A stretch of DNA of 63,362 nt from a virus. Taxonomy: Duplodnaviria > Caudoviricetes. Positions 55,214-63,362 of the stretch are shown here, piece after piece. The notes below the pieces were generated by a model that was not told the origin of the DNA, searched no databases, and saw only the letters and a list, made by a program, of their open reading frames with translations. Location: the IMG/VR virus record IMGVR_UViG_3300025030_000103, positions 1 to 63,362 of that record, one strand, 5' to 3'. The position numbers and the translations under genes are program-made. The stretch's first letter is position 1; each line of letters opens with the position of its first letter.

Positions 55214-55257
55214 CGCATCGGGGGCTTAACGGCCCCCTTTGTTCATGAGGTGAACGG

Positions 55258-55569
55258 TTGAGCGACCTGATACTTACCGGGGTTCATAACGTAGATGACA
55301 AGCTGGTGATTCAGCACACCCAGAACATTGCCAGTGTGCTGGAAGCCAACTATGAGACCCGCAAATACACTGATGAAATCTGGGGTGGACGGCAGACCGT
55401 CAAACCCGCCGCGACCATCGACTTAGCCACGTACCTAGAGTTGCAGCGTTCGGGCATCATGGACGACCCGCAATTGTTTTTTCAGTGGCTGGAACGCAAC
55501 CCGCAATACAAGGTCGTCAACAAGACCTTCGCGCGTAATCTTCAAACCTTTTCAGGAGGCAAAAAGTGA
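55258..55569 (+). CDS. Hypothetical head-region protein
   Basis: GAGGTG RBS; TTG start. Confidence 0.7.
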   Translation: MSDLILTGVHNVDDKLVIQHTQNIASVLEANYETRKYTDEIWGGRQTVKPAATIDLATYLELQRSGIMDDPQLFFQWLERNPQYKVVNKTFARNLQTFSGGKK

Positions 55570-55823
55570 GCAACCTTCAGGACCAGATCAACGCCATTTC
55601 CAACAAAACTAAGGTGAGGTTCTACAAGCCTTTGGACAACCAGGACGACAGGGTATCCCTTGCTGGCGAACCTGTGCAGCGCGACGAGGACGGGCGGCAG
55701 TTCTTTGCTATCCCCGCGCACCAGGCTGAATACCAGACCAAACTGCACCCGCACTATGAGGCGGGCGAGGTTTTCGTGGAGGAACCCAAAAGGGGGCCGG
55801 GGCGTCCGGCTAAAAGCGAATGA
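55566..55823 (+). CDS. Hypothetical protein with KRGPGRPAK tail
   Basis: GTGA coupling; AT-hook-like C-terminus. Confidence 0.65.
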   Translation: MSNLQDQINAISNKTKVRFYKPLDNQDDRVSLAGEPVQRDEDGRQFFAIPAHQAEYQTKLHPHYEAGEVFVEEPKRGPGRPAKSE

Positions 55824-56482
55824 CCACCAGTGGAACCACGGCATACGCGCCCAACCGGGCGCAGGTTATCCAAGACGCGCTGGAGATGTGCGGCTCGGAC
55901 GTGTACGGCGAGAACGACCCCGCTGTGTTTGCATCGGCGGGGCGCAGTCTCAACACGCTCATCAAGGCGCTTAACGCCAACAAGACCGATGTTAACGTCA
56001 TAGTGCGGACCACCTTTGACACCGCCGCAGGCACCGGCAGCTATGCCACGGACGCGCTAGGGGTTGACGGCATGACGGTCAACACGGCGGGTGGTGATTC
56101 TGTGGTGTCGCCTATCACCAAGCAGCAATACGATGCCAAGGTGGACAAGGCCGCGCAGGGCAGGCCGTCGCACTTCTACCACGATAAACAGGCGGGAGTA
56201 CTTTACCTGCACCCTGTGCCGGATGCTGTTTATGAGGTGGTTTACGGCAAGGTGCGGCAGTACCAGGACATTGACGAACCGGAACAGACCTTTGATTTCC
56301 CTTCTTCGGCAATCGAGATGCTAACATTCGGTCTTGCTCACCGCTACGGGTTCAAGTCGGGCATGGATGCCAGGACACGGCAGGATCTGGAGCGGCAGTT
56401 TATCATCGCAGAAAAGAAATACCTCGTTGCCAACTCAGCTTACACCAAGGGGCAGCGCGCGACCTCTTGCATGGTGGTGTGA
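55820..56482 (+). CDS. Head-tail adaptor / tail tubular protein A
   Basis: MTTSGT, QGRPSHFY, LYLHPVPD, FDFP. Confidence 0.8.
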   Translation: MTTSGTTAYAPNRAQVIQDALEMCGSDVYGENDPAVFASAGRSLNTLIKALNANKTDVNVIVRTTFDTAAGTGSYATDALGVDGMTVNTAGGDSVVSPITKQQYDAKVDKAAQGRPSHFYHDKQAGVLYLHPVPDAVYEVVYGKVRQYQDIDEPEQTFDFPSSAIEMLTFGLAHRYGFKSGMDARTRQDLERQFIIAEKKYLVANSAYTKGQRATSCMVV

Positions 56483-56484
56483 AT

Positions 56485-57942
56485 ATGACCATCCGCCCCC
56501 TTCCCATAGGCAAGGGCGTCACGCTTGACGTTGACGATACCACGGCCAAAGACGGCAGCGCCATATCCTTCATCAACGGCTATCTTGATCGCGGCGGGGC
56601 TTTCCGCACTGTGCCGGGGCATGAACTGTACGCAGATACCGGTGAAGGTGGGGCGAAGACGTGGGCTTTTTTCTGCACGAATCACACTCGGCTGTTCGTG
56701 GTAGCCGCTGGCAGGATCTGGCAGCAGACTGCACCCGATGCCGCACTGGAGGAGATAACTGGCGCTACGTTTGACGCTGATGCGATACCAACTTTTGCGG
56801 AGAATGGCGATAACGTGTTCTTTGCCGCTAACTCTAAGATACACAAGATTACCGGCCTCACGGCAGCAGATTTAGGTGCGACTTCCCCTGTGAACGTGAC
56901 AAGCCTAGCGTATATCGGCGGGTATCTCATGGCAAAGGGTGACGATGCTTTGGGCGCGGTTGCCGGTGACACGCACTACAGCGATGACAAAGACAACAGC
57001 TACGCTACGTGGGAGGTCTACAACAACGAGTCCCGGCCCGACGCCTTGCAAGCCTTGATCGTCGCGTATGAGCAGATTTACAACATCGGCGCTCAGACGG
57101 TAGAGGTGTCATACATCGATGGCACTGTCCCGTTTTCAGTCAACAAGAATGCAAGCCAGCAGTTTGGTACTCCCGCCGCTGGTTCATGTGCGTTTGACGG
57201 TGAAAACATCTATTACATTTCGGTTGTGGCCGGTGCGCGTAAGGTTGTGCAGCTCAAGGGTGGCGGATCTCCCCAAATTGTTTCCTTCCCGGTGGACATC
57301 CCGATAGAGGCGTTTGAGCGGGTAGACGATGCTTTCGGCTTCATCATGGCCTTTCGGGGGCAGAACGGCTATGCAATCACTTTCCCGACCACTAACGCCG
57401 TGGTGGATGAACAGTTTTACGAGACGATCACCCTTTTCTACCATCTGCAAACCAAAGCCTGGATCATCCTTGGCAAATGGGATGCAACCAATGGCGTTTA
57501 TGGCGCATACCGTGGCAATTCCTTTACCTACGCTGAGCCGTGGGGTTTGCGGCTGATTGGTGGGCGTGACGGCAAGATTTACAAACTGGTAGAGCCGAGC
57601 GAGACGGCAGAAGAGCCCGTATTCGTCCACAGGTGGCGCGACAACGGCAAGAAGGAGTGGAAGCCGGGGCGCACTATCAACTTAGGGCTAACAGGGCAGT
57701 ACGGTACGTTTCCGGTCACTAGGCAGAACGGTCTATACCGCAGCCGCCAAAGCGAGTTCATTTACTCCGACCTTTCCGACGCTGGCGAGATATTCCGCGC
57801 AGCAGTGAGGACAGGACATATCACATGGGGCGCTGTCCACCGGCAGAAGCGGTGCAACTGCTACCGCTATGACGTGCGGAGAGGTAAGGCGGGATTCGTG
57901 CTAAACGGCGTGACTGAAGAATTTGAGGGGCAGAGCAACTAG
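56485..57942 (+). CDS. P22 gp10-like packaged-DNA stabilisation protein
   Basis: ESRPD.L.A, G..TVEV, AFRGQ..Y.ITFP, RWRDNG..W. Confidence 0.8.
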   Translation: MTIRPLPIGKGVTLDVDDTTAKDGSAISFINGYLDRGGAFRTVPGHELYADTGEGGAKTWAFFCTNHTRLFVVAAGRIWQQTAPDAALEEITGATFDADAIPTFAENGDNVFFAANSKIHKITGLTAADLGATSPVNVTSLAYIGGYLMAKGDDALGAVAGDTHYSDDKDNSYATWEVYNNESRPDALQALIVAYEQIYNIGAQTVEVSYIDGTVPFSVNKNASQQFGTPAAGSCAFDGENIYYISVVAGARKVVQLKGGGSPQIVSFPVDIPIEAFERVDDAFGFIMAFRGQNGYAITFPTTNAVVDEQFYETITLFYHLQTKAWIILGKWDATNGVYGAYRGNSFTYAEPWGLRLIGGRDGKIYKLVEPSETAEEPVFVHRWRDNGKKEWKPGRTINLGLTGQYGTFPVTRQNGLYRSRQSEFIYSDLSDAGEIFRAAVRTGHITWGAVHRQKRCNCYRYDVRRGKAGFVLNGVTEEFEGQSN

Positions 57943-57952
57943 GGAGGCAGTC

Positions 57953-58120
57953 ATGGGACAGGAAGTAATTGCAGACAAGATAATTGACATGCTTATTGGA
58001 GAAGGGATGACCATTGACGGTGCAGCGGCGTTTTTGCGGGAATTGGCTGGCAAGATAATAGCCCCCGTCCACGCGGAGATGGATGCAATGGTTGCAAAGC
58101 CCTTGACCAAAGAGGCGTAA
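57953..58120 (+). CDS. Small hypothetical protein
   Basis: GGGAGG RBS. Confidence 0.55.
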   Translation: MGQEVIADKIIDMLIGEGMTIDGAAAFLRELAGKIIAPVHAEMDAMVAKPLTKEA

Positions 58121-59119
58121 ATGGCTGGAGAGAACCCCCAAACTACGCTGCCGCCCGTACCCAGAGAGCCGTTAATCGACTCACGCGGCGGCATGTCTTC
58201 TCAGTGGGAACGGTGGCTGCAACAGGTGCAGAGGGTGCTGTCTTTTTCAGGTGGCATAGCATGGGGGATCATCAACAAAGGCAGTTCAAAACTGTCGGAC
58301 ATAGAAAACCGCACCCATGCCATGTTGCAAAGTATCCTCGGATGGAGTTCCGGCACCGATACCACTCAGAACAAGCACATTTCCAACGCCGATGGAAAGG
58401 TTTGGCAGGATCACGTCGAAATTACCAATGGCAACCCACACGGCACCGACCATGCCATGTTGGACGGTCTTGAGGATGACGACCACACTCAATATCTGTT
58501 ATTGGCCGGGAGGGCAGGTCAGAGGGCTGTAACACCACTGATTCTTGGCACGGAAACTGACAACACAACTTTTGAAGCAGACGGGACTGCTGTTTTCAAC
58601 GGTGCGGCTACGGTCTGGAAAGACGTGATGTTTCCGATGGCCCCGCCAAAAACCACCGGAGCGGGGAATCCCACGCTTGTCACATACAACGGCAACCTTC
58701 GGGGCTACGCCTTTGCTGTTAACGATGTCCACGATTTCGACCCTCAAGAGCAGGAGCACGATTCGAAGGTAGGGTCTACAGCGACATTCCACATCCACTG
58801 GCTAAGTAGAAGCAATGACGCTTCAGATAGAACGGTTGGATGGGAATTGGAATACGATGTCGAGCCTGGAAGCGGGGCGCTTCCTGCAACCGTCACAGCA
58901 AGCATTGAGGCGGTCATTCCGGCAAACAGCGATGTTAACACGGTTCAGCGGACGGACATAACCACATTTACCGTTGTAGCCATTGCGCGGCTTGTAGGGG
59001 CAAGGATCAAGCGCGTAGCAAGCACCGGCACGGCCCCCTCCGTTGACCCCGTTTTAAGGGCTTTGCACTTTCACTATGAGCTGGATACTGTGGGCAGCAG
59101 ACAGATATTGACCAAATAG
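58121..59119 (+). CDS. Tail fibre/needle-like protein
   Basis: NPH and DDDHTQY fibre-type motifs; C-terminal jelly-roll-like domain. Confidence 0.6.
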   Translation: MAGENPQTTLPPVPREPLIDSRGGMSSQWERWLQQVQRVLSFSGGIAWGIINKGSSKLSDIENRTHAMLQSILGWSSGTDTTQNKHISNADGKVWQDHVEITNGNPHGTDHAMLDGLEDDDHTQYLLLAGRAGQRAVTPLILGTETDNTTFEADGTAVFNGAATVWKDVMFPMAPPKTTGAGNPTLVTYNGNLRGYAFAVNDVHDFDPQEQEHDSKVGSTATFHIHWLSRSNDASDRTVGWELEYDVEPGSGALPATVTASIEAVIPANSDVNTVQRTDITTFTVVAIARLVGARIKRVASTGTAPSVDPVLRALHFHYELDTVGSRQILTK

Positions 59120-59128
59120 AGGTGACAC

Positions 59129-59932
59129 ATGGGGCTTTTTGACGCGATTGACAGTTTTCTAGGGCTGTCCGGTAAAGACGATGCGCTGGAGCAAAACCAG
59201 AACGCAATTGATGCTCAAAAGGAAATGGCCGGTGCGTCTAACCAGACCATCCGGGACATGTACAGCACAGGTCGGCAAGACCAGATGCCGTTCATTACCC
59301 CCTCGCTCTCGGCTCTGCCTATGTACCAGTCTGCTATCCTGGGCGGGCCGGTCGAGTATTCCGACCCTCGCTATCAGCGAATTACATCTTTTGATCCCGA
59401 CTACGCCGCCGCTATGTCGAGCGTGTACGGTGACAGGCCAGCCCAAAGCGGGAGCGTGTTTGCCAATCTGCGGAACCCTTCTGCACAAGGGACGCGGCCA
59501 ACGCTACAACTGTACCGCGCCCCTGATGGATCGTACACTGACAAGCCGCCGCAGATGACCGCGCAATTCAACCTGCAAGAAGATCCCGGTTTTCAGTGGC
59601 GGAACAAGCAGCTTGATAGGTCGTTGCGTTCTCTCGGCAGAAACAACAGCACCTACGGGATGCAGGCAAAAGCCGACTTCGCCGGGAACGAGTATGACAG
59701 AGGCGTCAATCGCCTCGCCACTCTCGCAGGCTTTGGCAGCGGTACTAACAGCAACGTTGCGGCATCCGGTAATAACGCGGCGGGCCAGATTGCAGGGGTC
59801 AACACCAACGCAGCAAACTCCCTTGGCAACCTGTACACGGCAAGGGGCGGTCTGTATACCGACTATTCGCCACTGGCAATAGGGCTGGGCGCGGCATCGG
59901 CTGGCGCAGCTTATGGGGGGACGCCTAGATGA
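59129..59932 (+). CDS. DNA transfer (ejection) protein, P22 gp7-like
   Basis: DPGFQW, A.NEY...NRLA.LAG.G; Gly/Ala-rich. Confidence 0.7.
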   Translation: MGLFDAIDSFLGLSGKDDALEQNQNAIDAQKEMAGASNQTIRDMYSTGRQDQMPFITPSLSALPMYQSAILGGPVEYSDPRYQRITSFDPDYAAAMSSVYGDRPAQSGSVFANLRNPSAQGTRPTLQLYRAPDGSYTDKPPQMTAQFNLQEDPGFQWRNKQLDRSLRSLGRNNSTYGMQAKADFAGNEYDRGVNRLATLAGFGSGTNSNVAASGNNAAGQIAGVNTNAANSLGNLYTARGGLYTDYSPLAIGLGAASAGAAYGGTPR

Positions 59933-61374
59933 CAGCACTAGACAGAGGATTTGACCGTCTTGCTAACATTCTTATGCAAAATCGGCAAATGCAAGCGCAA
60001 GCGCAGCAGCAGGAGCGGGGCAACCGCCTTGCCGATCTGCAATACAAGCAGCTTCAGCGCGAGGACGACTACCAGACCGGTTTGCAGGGGGCAATGTCTA
60101 ACCCCAAGGGGCCGGTGTCCACCACAAGCGTGATTCCTGAAAGCCCGCGTCTCGGTCTGTCCATGTTGGCGGGACAAGCGCAGCCCCAGCAGTTTCAATT
60201 GGCGCAGGTTCAATCTTCCCCCATAGTGGCCGCTTACCGTGACGGCAGGGTGCAGACCACGACCACACCGGGACAGACCCGAGCGCAGGCGGGGGCGGAA
60301 TATGCGCTATCGCAGGGCAGGATTGATGATGCTGTCAAAATGTTCAGCGTCGATGATGCTGTAGCACAGCTCCAGGCCAAGGGAGATTTGCAAGGGTATT
60401 ACAAGGCAAAGCAGGAACTCGACCAAGGGAAGCAGTTTTTTGAAACCGTCAAGCCCTACACAAAAAACCCCGCCGCCATGAAGCAGCTTTGGCCGCAGAT
60501 ACAGCGCATGTTCCCCAACCAGACGGCGGGGATCAATCCAGAGGACATTCAAGACCGTGAAGGGGCGACCTTCATGCCGCTTGAGGTTAACGGGCAGATC
60601 ATCCCCAACCGCGCCGTATACCACGACGCAGACGGCAGCATTAAGATTGTGGACACCACGCCAAAGGAACAGCCCGAAACGTGGGGCACGCCAGAACTCA
60701 TGACCGTGGGCGGGAAAAAGGCGATGGTGCAGAAAAGCAGCCGGGGGCAGGTTAGGCCGGTGTTGCAGGATAACAGCACGACCGTCAAAGTGACCACAGG
60801 GGAGAAGAAGGAGCGGGACTTGCCAACCGGCATACAGGACAAGCTTTCGCAAAAACTGGAAATCTACAATGATTGGTCAACCCTCAAAACCGGCTTCAAG
60901 CCTGAGTATATGCCAAAGACGGCGTTTAAGAATATCGGGGAGTTTCAGATCAACCTCAACAAGATTTTTGGCAACAATCAGGCGGCTGTTGATTGGTGGA
61001 CACAGTACTTTGACGCCCGCAACATCATCCTCAAAGAGCGGTCTGGCGCGGCAGTTATGGAGCCAGAGTTCAAGCGGTTTGAGCAGGGGACTATTGCGGC
61101 CAACACCAACCCGCAATCCGTCATCAACTACCTTGACCGCAGCGAGAAAAAGTACAAGCAGCATGTGGACTCTTACCTTGAAGCCAATAGAAAGAACCAC
61201 CCCGAAGCTGTGAGCGCGTTTGAAACCGCATACGGTTATACACCAACAAAGGCTAAGGCGTCTCCCCCTCCTGCCTCACCATCTGGCCCTAAACCCGGCT
61301 CAGTGGTTGATGGTTACAGGTTTAAAGGTGGCAACCCAGCCGATAAAGCCAACTGGATGAAGGTGAAACGCTAA
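59929..61374 (+). CDS. DNA transfer protein (gp20 position)
   Basis: RSGAAV..EF motif; C-terminal GYRFKGGNPADKANW. Confidence 0.65.
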   Translation: MTALDRGFDRLANILMQNRQMQAQAQQQERGNRLADLQYKQLQREDDYQTGLQGAMSNPKGPVSTTSVIPESPRLGLSMLAGQAQPQQFQLAQVQSSPIVAAYRDGRVQTTTTPGQTRAQAGAEYALSQGRIDDAVKMFSVDDAVAQLQAKGDLQGYYKAKQELDQGKQFFETVKPYTKNPAAMKQLWPQIQRMFPNQTAGINPEDIQDREGATFMPLEVNGQIIPNRAVYHDADGSIKIVDTTPKEQPETWGTPELMTVGGKKAMVQKSSRGQVRPVLQDNSTTVKVTTGEKKERDLPTGIQDKLSQKLEIYNDWSTLKTGFKPEYMPKTAFKNIGEFQINLNKIFGNNQAAVDWWTQYFDARNIILKERSGAAVMEPEFKRFEQGTIAANTNPQSVINYLDRSEKKYKQHVDSYLEANRKNHPEAVSAFETAYGYTPTKAKASPPPASPSGPKPGSVVDGYRFKGGNPADKANWMKVKR

Positions 61375-63230
61375 TGGGCGGGCCTTGGGAAAAATACGCT
61401 GACACAGCCCCCAAAAAGCCGTGGGAGGCATACGCGGCAACCGGCACCCCCTCCTACGACAACCGCGTGACCGACAGATCGGAGATAGAGCGCAAGCGGC
61501 GGGAGTTTGTGCAAGGGACAGGGGAACTAGAGACGCGGGTGAAGGATGTAGCCAACCAAGCGTTTAACCCCAACGTGCAGATTCCCGCAGCGGACGGAGT
61601 GGGCGACTTCATGGGCCGCGTTCTGCCGCAGTCGATAACCCAGCTCGGCCCGAAGATGGTTAAGGGCGTCTATGAGGGCATCAAGGGGCAGACAGACCCG
61701 CTTGTAAGGTCGCTGTCCTCTTTGCAGCCGCAGGGCTTGCCGGGGCCACAGATGGAGCGCAACGCGGGGCAGACGGTGCGGGGACTTGCAGAGGCAATGA
61801 CGGCCCCCACCGGCTTGATGGGCGCAGACCGTGCTAAGGAGGCGTGGCTCACCGACCCTGCGGGGAGTGCGCTTGCTGTTGCGCCTACTCTCAAGGCGCT
61901 GGGGAGTGGTGTTAAGGCGCTTCCAAAACCCAAAGGGTCAACTTTGGAAGGTGTTATAGACACCGGCATAAACAAAGGCATACGCCCCGGCATCGAGGGC
62001 AACCGCACGTTTGCGCAGTCCACGCAGTACCACAAGAGAGCACAGCAAGCGGTTAAAACTATCATAGATAACCACGCTCAAGGCGCGTTGAAGTTGACCG
62101 ATGAATTTGGGGAAGTACAGCCGGGGTTACCCAAGAACTTGAGGCAGTTTAGCCAAGCCATTGACCAATCTAAGCGCAACGTCTACGAGCAATATAACCA
62201 AATGGCGGTGCAATCCGGCGAAGCTGGGGCAGTTGTGGATCTTTCCCCCATACCGGCAGAATTGATGACGGTAGCCAACAACCGCGCCTTGCAAAAAGCT
62301 GCTCCAGACGTTGCGGCATATGCCAGAAAACGAGCAGAGGCGTTTAGCGGCGGCAATGCTGTAACGGATGGTGTCACCTCGCGCAGGGCTAACACGTTCA
62401 CGGCTCAGGAGGCCCAAGAAGCGATAGCGATGTACAACCAGAGTTTGGAAGCGTTCAACAAAAACCCCTCTTATGACACAGCTTCTCGCGCTTACATTGA
62501 TTCTTTGGTGGTCAACAACCTACGGAAAGGGCTTGACGCTTCCATAGAGAAAGCCACGGGGCCGGGATACCAAGCGTTGAAAAATCAATACGGCGCACTC
62601 AAGACTATAGAGAAAGATGTTTCTCGCCGCGCCATTGTTGACGCTAGGAAAAACCCAAAGGGGCTGCTTGACTTTTCGGATGTGTTCAGCGGTGGGCAGG
62701 TTGTTAGCGGCCTTATCAGCATGAACCCTGCGACTGTTGGAACCGGCATTGCATCAAAGGTCATTGCCAACTTTTACAAGCGGCTGAACGATCCTAACAA
62801 GATTGTTGGCAAGATGTTCGACCGCGCTGGGAAGATGTACACGCCAAAGCAAAGGGCCGAGATGCAAGCACCTACACCGCAAGCGCCGCAAAGCGTGGTC
62901 AATCCTATGGCCGGTAAGGTTAACACGGGTGGCATCACTCAGCCGGGGCCAGTGGTCAGACGCTCAGACATGGGTGTCAATCAAGGTGGCATTGTACAGC
63001 CGGGGCCAGTGGTTCAGCGCATGGCGGGGATTAACAGTGGGAACCTAGACGCGCCAGCCCGCAACCAGTCTAGCTTTAACTTGCTTAAATCGGCATCGGT
63101 TACTGCTAAACAGCCAGTGTCCACTTGGCGGGAGTTTGTAGGCTCAAAAATGAGCCAATATATGAAAGAAGAAGGGTCACACGGCGCGGCAATGAAACGT
63201 CTTGGTAAAGAATGGAAAGAGCGTAACTGA
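61374..63230 (+). CDS. DNA transfer protein (gp16 position)
   Basis: GPWEKY...PWEAY N-terminus; third ejection gene. Confidence 0.65.
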   Translation: MGGPWEKYADTAPKKPWEAYAATGTPSYDNRVTDRSEIERKRREFVQGTGELETRVKDVANQAFNPNVQIPAADGVGDFMGRVLPQSITQLGPKMVKGVYEGIKGQTDPLVRSLSSLQPQGLPGPQMERNAGQTVRGLAEAMTAPTGLMGADRAKEAWLTDPAGSALAVAPTLKALGSGVKALPKPKGSTLEGVIDTGINKGIRPGIEGNRTFAQSTQYHKRAQQAVKTIIDNHAQGALKLTDEFGEVQPGLPKNLRQFSQAIDQSKRNVYEQYNQMAVQSGEAGAVVDLSPIPAELMTVANNRALQKAAPDVAAYARKRAEAFSGGNAVTDGVTSRRANTFTAQEAQEAIAMYNQSLEAFNKNPSYDTASRAYIDSLVVNNLRKGLDASIEKATGPGYQALKNQYGALKTIEKDVSRRAIVDARKNPKGLLDFSDVFSGGQVVSGLISMNPATVGTGIASKVIANFYKRLNDPNKIVGKMFDRAGKMYTPKQRAEMQAPTPQAPQSVVNPMAGKVNTGGITQPGPVVRRSDMGVNQGGIVQPGPVVQRMAGINSGNLDAPARNQSSFNLLKSASVTAKQPVSTWREFVGSKMSQYMKEEGSHGAAMKRLGKEWKERN

Positions 63231-63305
63231 CATAGGGCAAGTCTGTCATTGAATAACTGCGTATTTTAATGTATTTTGCACCCCAACCCAGAAAGGAGAC
63301 ATACC

Positions 63306-63362
63306 ATGATGAAGATGCCGAAGGGAAAGCCGATCAAAGGAAAGCCGCCTGTTAAAAAGGGT
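63306..63362 (+). CDS. Truncated basic peptide MMKMPKGKPIKGKPPVKKG...
   Basis: GAAAGGAG RBS; runs off the window end. Confidence 0.55.
   Translation, partial: MMKMPKGKPIKGKPPVKKG

Larger units (their letters stand above)
45848..63362 (+). mobile_element. Phage B: partial P22-like podovirus (accessory genes plus packaging/head/tail/ejection operon), truncated at the window end
   Basis: A second, distinct terS-terL-portal-scaffold-MCP set, all on +. Visibly GC-richer, and lacks phage A's 29-bp palindrome. Confidence 0.88.

Overview
The window is entirely phage DNA and holds two different podovirus-type genomes joined end to end. Positions 1-127 are identical to 45721-45847, so 1-45720 reads as one circularly complete ~45.7 kb AT-richer genome (phage A). 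From 45848 the sequence continues into a partial, GC-richer P22-like genome (phage B). The join is probably an assembly chimera through a shared accessory gene. Phage A has a + strand early/replication arm: ATP-dependent ligase, Cas4-like nuclease, Sak4-like ATPase, SSB, a ParB-HTH-methyltransferase fusion, a UDG-fused family A polymerase, a DUF3987-like ATPase and a dATP/dGTP diphosphohydrolase. Its - strand arm is structural and lytic: terminases, tailspike, portal, scaffold, capsid, tail proteins, a 2173-aa polyvalent ejection protein and an NlpC/P60-type lysin. Phage B contributes accessory genes and a packaging/head/tail/ejection operon. The main unexplained signal is a 29-bp imperfect palindrome (AGWTT-NN-ATTCRAA-W-TTYGAAT-NN-AAWCT). 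I found at least 23 copies by eye around phage A, five inside genes, and none in phage B. One copy sits directly upstream of the ParB-HTH-MTase gene, which suggests a parS-like, site-loaded methyltransferase or a genome-wide operator network. Other notable structures are long G-U-containing inverted repeats that enclose whole early genes, an origin-like inverted iteron region, and microhomology-linked gene cassettes. All product calls come from motif recognition by eye; no database searches were run.
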